Shown: positions 22,301 to 30,797 of the stretch, in pieces
Position numbering within the stretch: position 1 is the stretch's first letter
Layout: each line of letters begins with the position of its first letter
IMG/VR virus record: IMGVR_UViG_3300033146_000857
Location: 32,472-96,471 of that record
Origin: a virus
Reading direction: 5' to 3' (one strand)
Length of the DNA stretch: 64,000 nucleotides
Program-made: the position numbers and the translations under genes
The notes under the pieces: model-generated
The model's input: only the letters and a program-made list of their open reading frames with translations
What the model was told of the DNA's origin: nothing
Databases searched by the model: none

Positions 22301-25300
22301 ACCTAGGGCACCCAGCACTTGAGTAGTCTCCCCAGCCCCTTTTGTTTGATAAGTCTTAGCTTTACCTATGTCAGCAGATAGAGATGCTATTTGTTTTTTG
22401 TCTAGGCTTAATTTAGTTCCATATTTTTTAGTAAACTCTTTTTCATTAAGACCTGTAAGCTTTCTAACAGGCTCTAAATTTTCATTAAGCGCATTTATCT
22501 CTTTTGAAAGATCTTTTAGAGGTTTAAACACTTTAGATAATTCTTGAGTAGCTATAGACGATCCAAGTTGGTTTGATACTGCATTTTTCTCTGTCCCGCT
22601 AAGTTTGTTATATTTATCTACAGTAGTCTGCTTGACAGTCTCCCCAGCTATTCCTGAATTAAACACTTCTTCTATGACTGCTTTAGCCGGATTATTTTCT
22701 TCAAAAGCACTAACTATTAAATCTTTCTGAAGCTTAAATAATTCTTTCTGCTGCTTTGTCCCTGCAGTCATAAACATAGCACTCTGGTTTATATTTGACA
22801 CACTTTGGCGCCTATCTGAGTGTGTTGATATATTTTTTGGGTCTATAAGTCTTTTACCCCTTAAGTGTCCTTTAATGTCCCCTTCGCCCACGATTTCTGA
22901 ATAACTGCTAATTTGTTCTCTTCCAGCCTGTTCTAATGTTTCGTTTATATTCTGCTTAGCATCTGCTTTACTTTTATTCTCTGTAGTTTTACCTTTGTCT
23001 CCATTTTTCTTCTTTTGTGAGGCTATTAAGTCTTCTTTTTTCTCTGATTCAGACAGATAGTTATCCATAAGTTTTGTAACATCATTAAGCATGTCGTTAG
23101 GATCTAGGTCTAGGGGTCTAAAGGTGTATTTTGACTTGTCTTTCTTAACTTGTTCTGTCCAGTCTTTCCAACCGGTAACCAAGCCTCCAGTTTCATATTT
23201 GCTAAACTTACCTTCCGCTGCGGCCGATTGAAATCTGTCAAAAGAAGCTTTATCAGTTATGCCTAGACTTTTTGTTGTCTTCTGGTTTAGGACCGACTCA
23301 CCTTTCATTAGAAGTGCTGGTACTTCATCTTTAGTTGACTTACCAGGAATAAACCCTCCCTTAGCGAATTTTAATACCCCTCTAGACCTAAATGGAATTT
23401 TACCTTTAAGACTCTTATATTTAGCTTGTGGAAGAACTCTATGCCAGTTGTTATATATTAAATTATCTTCATCGTCTAGTAGGGTTCTTAGAAACTGTTG
23501 TTTTCTTTTAAAAGCTGTCTGTTTACTAACATCTTTAAGTTCTTCTTTGACATTACTAAGTTTTATCGCTTCCAATCTAGTATTTTTACTGGCCTTAGTT
23601 TCAGTAACTAAACTGTTAAATTTTGCATAGGCTCTATCAAGTGTTTCTTTTGTTGCTTCTGGTTGATAGTTAGCCTTAAAGTAGTCATTGAAACTTTCTC
23701 GTTTCTTTAGTCTTTTTTCTTTTTCCAGGTTAATTTTATCAAGTTTATTTCTGTCTTCTCTTGTTTTTCTCTCTTTAAAGAGTTCATCCGTATTTGTCAC
23801 TACCGTTGGATCTAGCTTTGTATTACTTGAAGCTTGAGTCTTATGTTTAGCTAAAGTCTCATCACTGAGAGTTCCTGCTTTTTTATTTACGCCCTCTCTA
23901 CCGGGTCTTAGCGCACTAGTCTCTTCAGAATTTATAAGCTCTTCCATAGAAACCATCTTACCTCTTACGGCTCTTTTCTTATACTTATCCTCTATGTTTA
24001 TCTGGCCTATTCGTTCATTTAACTCCTCAGAATAACTCTCTCCTAGTACATGATTAGCTTTTGACTTAGTATGATACTCTCCTAAGCCTGTCTTAGCTAA
24101 TCTTTCATTTAAGCCATGGTTAAAAGCACTAGATATTTGCCTAATCTCATTTGTGCTGTACTCAAGATTACTATCTAAGTAAGGAGTCATACCTTTAAAA
24201 GTTTCCTTAGTATTCTGTCTTAGAGCTTTTCTATACATATTAGCTATAGTTTTCTTAGGATCTTTCCATACTCTTTTTAGCGTCTTAGCTTCTTTACCAT
24301 CAGTCAGTCTCTGTGTGTAACTGTTTACTTGGTCTATTACTCTTAAAGCCGCCGCTTGTTGTATAGGATCTTTGTGTAGGTCTTTTGCCATGCTTGCAAT
24401 AGCCTTTGCCATTATAGGTATCTGTACTCTATCAACCCCCATACTAGGGCCTATGGCCTGTAGCTTTTGCATCACTCTGCTATATTTTGTAACAAATCTG
24501 CCCATTTGGTCTCTGTCCGACATACCCTCAAGTCCCAGACTCTCAGTTGCTGCTTTTAGTTGTTCTTTCTTTCCTCTAGCTGAATTGGCTTGTTGCTCAT
24601 ATTCTATTTTTCTAAGATATGAACCTTTATATTTTTTAGTTTTATAAGTATCCTTGTCTATGAGCCCTGGGTTAGTTGGAACTATGTAGTCTTCTGGATG
24701 TCTATTCTCAAATAGACTCTTTCCAAGTTGTAAAGAGTCTATGTCATCAAAAGGTACGTTAGCAATTCCACCATGAGCTCTTATAAGACTCTCTACTTTA
24801 TTAGCTTGTATATATTCCTCTTTAGTTAGACTTTTCAGCTCTGTATACTTTCCTGATGCTTCTTTTGATAGTTCTGTTTGAGGGCCTCTTAACCTTTTTA
24901 GTTGTTCTGGATGCTGAGTTTTTATTTGCTCGTTTTCAAGAGTATAAAAATCTGCCATTTCTGAGGCATATCCAATTTTATTTCTACTTAAAGCTTGAAC
25001 TAAAGCATTACGTTTTTGCCATGCCCAGTCGTCCTTATAATTTTCTCCATTCCAATGATTAAACCTTACTCTTCCAGAACTACCCTTTAAGCCCCCAAGA
25101 TTTGATGTACCTTGACCTTTTGCGTAGTCTTCAGCTATCTTAGCTTGTGCTATAAATTTACCTGAGGTTCCTTGATTACTTGTAGATACTGTATTCCAAT
25201 CTTTGTTATAATCGTAATTTGCCTGTAGGTCATAGAGCTGACTAAATAGGCTTTTATAAAAAGTGGTTCCAAGTTTATCTTGCCCAGGTGATGAGGTCAT

Positions 25301-27748
25301 TCCTAACGCTTTTCCTAGATTAACTAATTTTAGTATTTCTGAAGTATTTGCCTCTTTACTTCTAACTTTACTTATCAGCCTCTCTAGGGCTGTTTTTGAC
25401 TGTAACTTTCCATTCTTGTCTCTAGTAGTATCTTTCTTTAGTAGCTTTTCTAGCTCTCCCTTGCGTATACCTTTAGTTTCAGCATCTCCAGTTAGCACAC
25501 TGTCTAAATAACTATCTTCTGGACCACTATTAGTAGTTAGTTGATAACCAAGGCTATTTGTGTCACTATCTTTCATGTGAGTTATTTCTTTTTCTATCTC
25601 AAAAGAGTCTAACCCATAGCCTTCAAGTTTTTTCCTTTGCTTATCATACTTAGCATCATCGGCCATATTTTTTAAAGACTCTTTAGATCCTAGTAGTCCA
25701 TATTCTGAACTACTACTAATCTCAGTAGCTTTATTTAGTTCATCTTGAAATGTAACTACTCCTGAAGGTGAAGAAAAGGAATTCTCCATAGTTTTAGCTA
25801 TTTGAGGATTAGCTGTTGTAAAGCCGTCTTCTATGGACCCTCCTATAGAGGTTAATAATCTACTGTATTTTCTTTTAAATAAAGTTGGATAGGCGCTATC
25901 AGACACATGCTTCAGCCTTCCAGTAAACATTAGATCTTTTTGTAATGTTTCAAAAGTATCTTGGTCTAGCATCCCGCCTATAGTTTTGAAAGTTTTGTCT
26001 AACTTCATGTCTTTAAACTTGGTTTTGTTATTTTGTCCATAACCCATTATGTTATTCAGAAGTTTCTGCTCAGGACTAGTAGTTACCCTTCTTCGACTAT
26101 CTTCGTACTCAGCTCTCTTAGCTCTTACTACTTTTGATAGTATTGACTGCATGAAATCTTTTCTAGTATTTCCTTGTAGATTGGTCATTCCTTCTTGTAA
26201 GAAAGGTTCAAAACCTTTAGGTATCCCATTCTTTAGTATAAAAGATGCTGCTTTGGCTGGATTATCCATTGTGTATAGGTTTAGTAGTTTTTTAACACTA
26301 GAACTATCTTGACCAAAAGTTTTTACCGCTTGTCTAAGTGCTCCCTTATGGTTTATGCCTAGACTATTGCTATGTTTTACATCCTTAGCTCTTTGACTCA
26401 TGTTATGGATTGTTCTAAAAGTATCTTGTGTAGGTCTATTATTATCTCTTGTGTTAAATATCTCTTCTTTCATACTGTCTGTTAAACTTCTACCAGTAAG
26501 TTTTTCTAGTTTATTTATCTCAGCTAGCATAAAAGAATTTTCTCTTATTCTAGACCCTTTTCGCCTGTCTAGTTTTATGTCAGCCATCTCTCTAGTGGGT
26601 AATGCTTTGTATACTGACACCTCATCGTCTATTATGTAGTCTTCAAAAGAAGTCTTAAAATCTTTTGAGCTAAGTCTGCTTATATGTTTAAAATCTCCAA
26701 CTGTAGTAGCTTTTAACTTTGCAGTTGCCTCATCTGGTGACATACCACTAGTTAGTTCAGAGGCTATTTTACGAAGTTCATTCTGGTATCTAAGTTTCAT
26801 ACCAGCTTGATCAGTCTCAAATTTGCTTAGGCTGACTCCCAGGTTAGCTGTTCTATATTCTGTAGGTGAACCAATATTTTTTAATAGTGGTAAATTTCTA
26901 AGAACTGGAGACTCTCCTTCAAAAGAATTTCCTAAGTTATTTAAGGTTTTTTCTAAATTTTTATCTAAAGTTCCTCCCAGGGACACAGTTGAAAGACTAG
27001 ACTCCTTTTCTCTATATCCCACCCTCTGTCTATCAGCTTGGGCTATTCTTGTTATGCTCTTAGAACCTTTTGGACTAACAAAGGATATATTGTTCATGTC
27101 TTTGTGCATGTGAAGTAATGACATAGCTAACTTACTTGGTTTAGTGGTATCAAAGCCTGTTGTTGTTGGAATTATAAACTGCTTGGTATCTCTGTTATAA
27201 ACAAAGCTATCCGCAGTTTTTGCTGCCCCTCCACTAATTGGACTACTAAGTTGTCTTACTTCTAAGCTCCCGTCAAAAGACCCTGGAGTACTAAGACCCA
27301 TTTTCTCTATAGTACCTCTTATTCTATTTTTTAGCTTATGTGTAACATTTCTAGCTTGTGAGTCTGTTATGTTATAGCCTGCTATGAAGCTTTTCCAACT
27401 TTTATCAAAACTTTGAGGCTTTTTAACTTGATGGATGATAAAATCATTAGCCATTTCATCAAAGTTATTTCCTATGTCTAGATTACTAAGTAATTTCTTA
27501 GTTCTCTGAGCTGTACTGTTTACTCTCTTTGGATAGGCCGCGGCTGAAAACTCTTCTAATTTTTCTCTGCCCTCTGAAGGGCTAAATAAATGTTTAAGAT
27601 CTTTATTGGTGGTTATATGTTTGTACAGACGTGCTTTTGTTTTATGTATCTTCTTTGATACTGCGTCTAAAGCTTCAGAGCTATCTGGAGCATCTGGGCT
27701 GTTAAGTTCAAGGTTTAGTAAATCATTTATGTCATCTATATTAGGCAT
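16307..27748 (-). CDS. Tail tape measure protein (TP901-family core) with very long N-terminal extension
   Basis: 3813 aa. Core FQDRLKNLQAITGSS...TTKFSASEISDAATILGQAG at ~21300-22100; hydrophobic Gly/Ala segments; 11-residue periodic helical repeats; C-terminal GGVLPGYGGGDRRPTLLEDGEAVV; follows the chaperone pair. Confidence 0.92.
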   Translation of the reverse strand: MPNIDDINDLLNLELNSPDAPDSSEALDAVSKKIHKTKARLYKHITTNKDLKHLFSPSEGREKLEEFSAAAYPKRVNSTAQRTKKLLSNLDIGNNFDEMANDFIIHQVKKPQSFDKSWKSFIAGYNITDSQARNVTHKLKNRIRGTIEKMGLSTPGSFDGSLEVRQLSSPISGGAAKTADSFVYNRDTKQFIIPTTTGFDTTKPSKLAMSLLHMHKDMNNISFVSPKGSKSITRIAQADRQRVGYREKESSLSTVSLGGTLDKNLEKTLNNLGNSFEGESPVLRNLPLLKNIGSPTEYRTANLGVSLSKFETDQAGMKLRYQNELRKIASELTSGMSPDEATAKLKATTVGDFKHISRLSSKDFKTSFEDYIIDDEVSVYKALPTREMADIKLDRRKGSRIRENSFMLAEINKLEKLTGRSLTDSMKEEIFNTRDNNRPTQDTFRTIHNMSQRAKDVKHSNSLGINHKGALRQAVKTFGQDSSSVKKLLNLYTMDNPAKAASFILKNGIPKGFEPFLQEGMTNLQGNTRKDFMQSILSKVVRAKRAEYEDSRRRVTTSPEQKLLNNIMGYGQNNKTKFKDMKLDKTFKTIGGMLDQDTFETLQKDLMFTGRLKHVSDSAYPTLFKRKYSRLLTSIGGSIEDGFTTANPQIAKTMENSFSSPSGVVTFQDELNKATEISSSSEYGLLGSKESLKNMADDAKYDKQRKKLEGYGLDSFEIEKEITHMKDSDTNSLGYQLTTNSGPEDSYLDSVLTGDAETKGIRKGELEKLLKKDTTRDKNGKLQSKTALERLISKVRSKEANTSEILKLVNLGKALGMTSSPGQDKLGTTFYKSLFSQLYDLQANYDYNKDWNTVSTSNQGTSGKFIAQAKIAEDYAKGQGTSNLGGLKGSSGRVRFNHWNGENYKDDWAWQKRNALVQALSRNKIGYASEMADFYTLENEQIKTQHPEQLKRLRGPQTELSKEASGKYTELKSLTKEEYIQANKVESLIRAHGGIANVPFDDIDSLQLGKSLFENRHPEDYIVPTNPGLIDKDTYKTKKYKGSYLRKIEYEQQANSARGKKEQLKAATESLGLEGMSDRDQMGRFVTKYSRVMQKLQAIGPSMGVDRVQIPIMAKAIASMAKDLHKDPIQQAAALRVIDQVNSYTQRLTDGKEAKTLKRVWKDPKKTIANMYRKALRQNTKETFKGMTPYLDSNLEYSTNEIRQISSAFNHGLNERLAKTGLGEYHTKSKANHVLGESYSEELNERIGQINIEDKYKKRAVRGKMVSMEELINSEETSALRPGREGVNKKAGTLSDETLAKHKTQASSNTKLDPTVVTNTDELFKERKTREDRNKLDKINLEKEKRLKKRESFNDYFKANYQPEATKETLDRAYAKFNSLVTETKASKNTRLEAIKLSNVKEELKDVSKQTAFKRKQQFLRTLLDDEDNLIYNNWHRVLPQAKYKSLKGKIPFRSRGVLKFAKGGFIPGKSTKDEVPALLMKGESVLNQKTTKSLGITDKASFDRFQSAAAEGKFSKYETGGLVTGWKDWTEQVKKDKSKYTFRPLDLDPNDMLNDVTKLMDNYLSESEKKEDLIASQKKKNGDKGKTTENKSKADAKQNINETLEQAGREQISSYSEIVGEGDIKGHLRGKRLIDPKNISTHSDRRQSVSNINQSAMFMTAGTKQQKELFKLQKDLIVSAFEENNPAKAVIEEVFNSGIAGETVKQTTVDKYNKLSGTEKNAVSNQLGSSIATQELSKVFKPLKDLSKEINALNENLEPVRKLTGLNEKEFTKKYGTKLSLDKKQIASLSADIGKAKTYQTKGAGETTQVLGALGHIQSIDQELNNSQQSKDKLNATRDVYSGKKNLQAQAANRVDNFKEQMMNNAVFMGSYAALGAGTALITGTLGSAVEFQDRLKNLQAITGSSSTEMGLLTDSVKKVAVTTKFSASEISDAATILGQAGYTANSISGSLGGVVKLATATGSSLEDSTQTITSALTIWDKSFSESEVVANQFTAAVNKSKLDINSLGLALQYSGNIAAQGNIPVEDVLTLTSLMKDAGIKRGSTLGTGQRMLFSDIIAPSAKFAKSLKAANISLKDFNKVFNDEGVIGVFKFMKDSGYTFQHATRGMEVRERTAYAAISNQIDKADAFRSSIIGTSAAEDANEIQLSSTKNRFKNMINSWSIGFYSQLESSLDGSGDLFKQLTLEGDVKKKPMYAKSKEDYLESFRPPEGETSGLMLGLTAAGIYGANYLSKGSLSTGVGLAGITAGDKMAKMAPGLTKSLGEAVGKLTPSIKTFTGFVGKWTSKIPKLPALAVLTTAAQSWSLGKKAYEETENEDVESSVFWASMLKAAPSIIGGVLAGAGATMAGATGLGIPVAAVLGSLSAGMISEGLGVNDSIDRSVALSAEKDAGFNSQQVFEHMATTAEAYSELQSNLGKTYAGISKDKALVLKKTKNTTDLSGEELKSVLAENSEIEAGNAQKNLISRKKALEMEKQYSSEIADLNNYLDENFSFIKGLDLAGNNQKQLLKNIQEFKELSAKANTTSVKDNFLSGLKLYSVAKQEEVDKVTNKASVESILLTGALPKAIAKIVRLNPIAATENKQNFDQAISDKAISFNNKTKDKDKLSDKELKSVITNMQKSYKHLANVAVLATNDLEILGQVQKDIASNGKESVFYANRKEISERTDTVLADKGGYTKLLSDKGELENLADKLGKVMQVPLKQMDSQIRSTFTSLNRSLGGDLSEFANKLAADTFTNDQSFSKSIGDTFASVLDDRLGGDKQYRKLLSQADPDKLHKQVLSNEDPEAVKTAGGVTMLKPMEELATKLGKMDIAKLTAISDFVDNLSLERDITKAKDLKNYRFAEGLNRTLRNANIAKDSFKTVSSMSTSDIVNMTDRSGLANNMSEDYRNRQTLTKQIAIKNLDIRTANIKEAKIRQVAFQQQELNISARNKREDAVRQYRFNLDKLNLNTDRSRRDVTINRVSSERNLRRDVGFSGQKIGRSKEYSVEDLGISKERKVEANNRNYNRNIQALDRSVQNQQASALLNYARSLKQVGINFRRSVADLKTSTNQARHDARKNYARQVNDLNRNYGRTLAAINRAIADTNTLFSRNLQKPVVLTVNADTLLGLADKMSNISLAMDANKAKLSENTSAIKQWININKTKEDLVKEAYKEAYKVAGGDVNSEIFNKTYLDYMDKNSDKLIDVIVDQGVTKAQAGFSFDATRALTDPEYMKEMVAAPETAPTAASAATGNSVSIEQLVDLLYGAANGAYRTTTTVGDVTGAKGEMGAALFDLQTAMLKYDLSIRDAGIKLAYDLQDAHRKYSRDLSDIATQFNRNMTKLSLDFQRALEDLSIKLAESMQDIQINKDIKTEELGIGKSFGLEDIARGFEQGIEDINRNTARQLEELGISFSENMTKIADSVRDSFRQIAIHAADAKADLARALSFNLEGMEINSDRLSAALGRQLTEMLNTLAIDVEQSKEALEQSQIDAVALATFDAIAMANKYEESFRDSMKVATFDAVILQQKIEDSIQTTLQKVDVNTENINDKMQSVFQNLFNNEMLQKVANDLGATTAEQLIAGLEKGTIKLKDIKENLVKRLSKTSDETSKAVVDLVDKTGEKTTQAIKNKNFYKPMAAELTKQADWLTRSLKTSTLSINRGFSSVGRDVTKGANEAARTMTRSVSQAMASLNRDLARARAASARAARTIAASSNIAGHSSSVGMSTGGVLPGYGGGDRRPTLLEDGEAVVRKETVRALGADYFNGLNKSTMSIPKVNINTISSSNNQVSQDSGNNFNITIPVAPDASLASIERNLPMIANGVKKVFEEYL

Positions 27749-27749
27749 T

Positions 27750-28333
27750 CTACCCTCCGATTAAAAAGTTTTCAAAACTTGCAAAACCTGCTTCAGGGAG
27801 TTTCTTCTTATTAGTGCTCTTTTTACTAGAGTCTAACTTATGCCCATTTGCTTTTGCTGTCAGTATAAACATATCATATAGGTTTGAGTTGGTAACCCTC
27901 AGTCTAAGCTGGGAGGCGTGAATTAAGCTATCCTTAGTTAGTATAAAAGCTACTTTCATAAGGTCTACTTCTCTAAAGTCATACAGCCATAAAAAGAGAT
28001 CATTTAGGTCTAAGTCTGAGACGGTTTCTATGATTTCGAAGCTGTCTCCTCCATCCTCTGATTTATCTTCTTCGTTCTCTCTTGGTTTTGGAAAAAAAAA
28101 TCTGTAAAATAGTCTGAGACTTCCTCTAAGTATTCTTTACACTGCTCCATACTAAGACTGTCTGTATTAAAGGGTAAAGTTATTTTGCCCAGATCATCTC
28201 TTGGTGATAGTACTATTTGTAGTACTTTTTCATCAAAAACCGGATCATAGAATAATCTTGCAAAGTTGTCTTGGTCTTCTAGGAATAAAGAGTATAATTC
28301 TCTGTGCAATCCCCAGGTTATTGTTAGTTTCAT
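27750..28333 (-). CDS. Tail assembly chaperone, long (GT-like) form made by -1 frameshift
   Basis: Slipping -1 on GAT TTT TTT TTC (28091-28100) gives PKPRENEEDKSEDGGDSFEIIETVSDLDLNDLFLWLYDFREVDL, continuing stop-free into ORF 27750..27959. Confidence 0.85.
28028..28333 (-). CDS. Tail assembly chaperone, short (G-like) form
   Basis: 101 aa between tail tube and tape measure; RBS AGGAG. Confidence 0.8.
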   Translation of the reverse strand: MKLTITWGLHRELYSLFLEDQDNFARLFYDPVFDEKVLQIVLSPRDDLGKITLPFNTDSLSMEQCKEYLEEVSDYFTDFFFQNQERTKKINQRMEETASKS

Positions 28334-28342
28334 AGTTGGCTC

Positions 28343-28413
28343 CTATTAGTATTAGAAGAGACCAGGAGCCATGGCCTCATCTAATACTAATAGTGTCCCT
28401 AAGGACACTATTA
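28343..28413 (-). promoter_or_regulatory. Overlapping RNA hairpins with an anti-SD loop upstream of the chaperone gene
   Basis: Minus strand AATAGTGTCC-TTAG-GGACACTATT overlaps CTATTAGTATTAGA-T-GAGGCCA[TGGCTCC]TGGTCTC-T-TCTAATACTAATAG, immediately followed by the RBS GGAGCCA. Confidence 0.6.
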
Positions 28414-28422
28414 TTTTGTTGA

Positions 28423-29256
28423 CTAGCACCCTGCACTAGACAGTTTCTTAGCCAATCTTCCCATTGGGAATTTCTTGATTAGCGCCTTTGTTACAGCATC
28501 TGCACCAAACTTACCACCGTTAATATCACAAGCAGTTGGTTGTAAAGGCTCTATTGTAAACGATAATGCACCAAAAGCATCAGTAGTTGAAGCTACCTCA
28601 GCTGAGCCAGAAATTGTACCTTTCCAAATGTCATATACGAATGGACTATTATCAAGAGGCATAACACCAACAACTTGAATAGTCAATGGTGGAACGTTAT
28701 CTTCAGAACCAAGTTTAATAGCTGTTACTTTAGCTACCTTGAAATCTGCTGAAACACTTCTAGGAATGTTCTGAGTAAATGTTAAAGTGTTAGCCGCGAT
28801 AGAACCTATCTCAAGAACAATAACATCATCAGGAGCATATTTATCATAGACATAGACTACATCATCAGCTAAAAAGCCTGTTGCGTCTGCTATTGTTAGT
28901 TCCATGCCAGGTGTTGCCACATCATAAGGTGTTGATACAGTAGACTCAGCCGAACTTGCTGATACTGCCTCTGCTAGAGCTGCGTTATCACCATAGATCA
29001 TTGCGAGGTTACTGATACTATACTCATTCAAGTTTCCTTCAACTGTCATCTCTCTAGAAGTTACTGCTGTCGCATAAGTCTTCTGAGGAAAACCTGCTTG
29101 AAGTTTACTTTGGTTAGTAGTCATAGATACTTTCGCATCTTGTAAAAGACCAATAGTGTCTTCAGGGCCTAGTTTGCCGGCTTTTGACAAATCGCTTGAA
29201 ACACGAATGTCTAAATCGCCCATGAAAAATTCTTGGGTCTTTGCTGTGTTAGCCAT
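28423..29256 (-). CDS. Major tail tube protein
   Basis: 277 aa at the canonical position upstream of chaperones and tape measure; acidic and beta-rich; no sheath gene present. Confidence 0.75.
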   Translation of the reverse strand: MANTAKTQEFFMGDLDIRVSSDLSKAGKLGPEDTIGLLQDAKVSMTTNQSKLQAGFPQKTYATAVTSREMTVEGNLNEYSISNLAMIYGDNAALAEAVSASSAESTVSTPYDVATPGMELTIADATGFLADDVVYVYDKYAPDDVIVLEIGSIAANTLTFTQNIPRSVSADFKVAKVTAIKLGSEDNVPPLTIQVVGVMPLDNSPFVYDIWKGTISGSAEVASTTDAFGALSFTIEPLQPTACDINGGKFGADAVTKALIKKFPMGRLAKKLSSAGC

Positions 29257-29302
29257 ATTTTATCCTTTATAATTTTGTTACTCTAAGTTATTAGTTGTTA
29301 AG

Positions 29303-29779
29303 CTAGCATAGATGGCCTATAAAAGTGATCTTCAAGGAATTAAAGTTACTCTGTAATTGACCAGCACCAAGTGTTTCTTGTTCTAGGTCTTGAATAACCA
29401 GCTTAGTTCCAGTCGGGTTCAAAACTGTAGTTGTTGCTTCAAGTCCTGCTGCTTCATAAATAGGTATTGCTGAGTATTTTTTATAGAGTACTTCAAAGGC
29501 TGAAAATACTTTTAATGTTAGCATAGCATTCAAATCTTTTGTAGTAGCGAACGAAGGAACTAAGTTATAGACTATAGTATTAAACTTATTCTTCTCAGTT
29601 TTTGACTTTTGCATTACCACTATCTTATCCGTTTCAGTGTCTAAAAGCGCTGCTGTAGCCTCAAGAGACGTCGTACTTGTAAAATCAAAGTCTGGTAATG
29701 AAGAATCACTCTTTAGTTCTTGGATAAATGTATTGAATAGATAGTATAAACTAGCTACTGCGTCTATATGTGTTGCCAT
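29303..29779 (-). CDS. Putative tail terminator/completion protein
   Basis: 158 aa immediately upstream of the tail tube; positional. Confidence 0.55.
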   Translation of the reverse strand: MATHIDAVASLYYLFNTFIQELKSDSSLPDFDFTSTTSLEATAALLDTETDKIVVMQKSKTEKNKFNTIVYNLVPSFATTKDLNAMLTLKVFSAFEVLYKKYSAIPIYEAAGLEATTTVLNPTGTKLVIQDLEQETLGAGQLQSNFNSLKITFIGHLC

Positions 29780-30375
29780 TATTGCTCCCTAGTTACTTGT
29801 AGTACAGTAGCTCCAGAGGTTACTCCTAGAGTTTTCTGTTTATATCTTAGTCCTTGGTAATAAACTATATAGCTTTTGTTAAGCTTTATAGGTAATCTTG
29901 TTGGTATTAGAAAAATTAACCTTGTAGTGTCTACTACTTGGCTTGTATCTGTAGCCAGACTATCTTTCACGTGTACAGGAAAAATACCATCTATAATATG
30001 TAGGTCATCACCATCAAGCTTATCTTTGTTGCCGTCTGTAGTCATAACTACTGACCCTCCGATAGCATTCTTAGAAGCAATTATTTCTCTAAGATGAATA
30101 AACTCTGACATAAATAAAAGATCATAGGCCCACTGATGTTTACTCTGAGGTTCTATGAGTCTTTTATATACTAGATACTTTTGACCTTCAACCTCTATAT
30201 ACCGTCCTTCTAGGTCCGGATTAGTCTTAGATGTAATAAAAAGCTGTATATTATTGGCAGTTGTCGTGTCCTGCTGTAAGCTGTAACGCAAATGAATTTT
30301 TTTGTTAGTATAATTGCTACTTACAAAAAAATCCACTTTTTTCTGAAACCTAGACCTAACTGATCTTACATCCAT
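29779..30375 (-). CDS. Putative head closure/connector protein
   Basis: 198 aa beta-rich; positional. Confidence 0.5.
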   Translation of the reverse strand: MDVRSVRSRFQKKVDFFVSSNYTNKKIHLRYSLQQDTTTANNIQLFITSKTNPDLEGRYIEVEGQKYLVYKRLIEPQSKHQWAYDLLFMSEFIHLREIIASKNAIGGSVVMTTDGNKDKLDGDDLHIIDGIFPVHVKDSLATDTSQVVDTTRLIFLIPTRLPIKLNKSYIVYYQGLRYKQKTLGVTSGATVLQVTREQ

Positions 30376-30378
30376 AGC

Positions 30379-30783
30379 TTATCCTTGAGTCACTGGATCT
30401 ACAGCCGCTGGTACTACGGTTAATAGCTCATAGTCTGCTGTTCCAGTATCTGGGTTCTCAATCTGAGCTACAAAGTTATCTGCATGTTCAAATAGTCCTT
30501 CTATAGAATCAAATCTAGTGAAAGAGTTAAAGTTATCTTTCATTGTCTTTGGCATAGCAATAAGTATAGCTCTTCTAAGTAAAGAAATAGCCTTATAGGC
30601 CATATAGTCTAGTTGTGTAAATGCTTCAGTTGTAGGATTATCTTCGTCTAGTTCGACAACGGTCTCGAAAAACCGTTGTCTAAGTAGTTTGACCTTTGGT
30701 ATTATCTTAGAGTTATCTAAGATATCATCTGAAAGCTCTGCCTCAGTTAAGCCACAGAGGCTTCTGATGTAATCATTGGTCAT
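30379..30783 (-). CDS. Putative head-tail adaptor
   Basis: 134 aa helical, begins IRSLCGL.E.ELSD; positional. Confidence 0.55.
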   Translation of the reverse strand: MTNDYIRSLCGLTEAELSDDILDNSKIIPKVKLLRQRFFETVVELDEDNPTTEAFTQLDYMAYKAISLLRRAILIAMPKTMKDNFNSFTRFDSIEGLFEHADNFVAQIENPDTGTADYELLTVVPAAVDPVTQG

Positions 30784-30797
30784 GTTAGTCCTTTAGA

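Noticed and set aside
16947-27113. Numerous + strand ORFs opposite the tape measure (and similar ones opposite other structural genes and the RNR)
   Set aside because: Antisense shadows of long coding frames; Leu/Ser-rich, without RBS.
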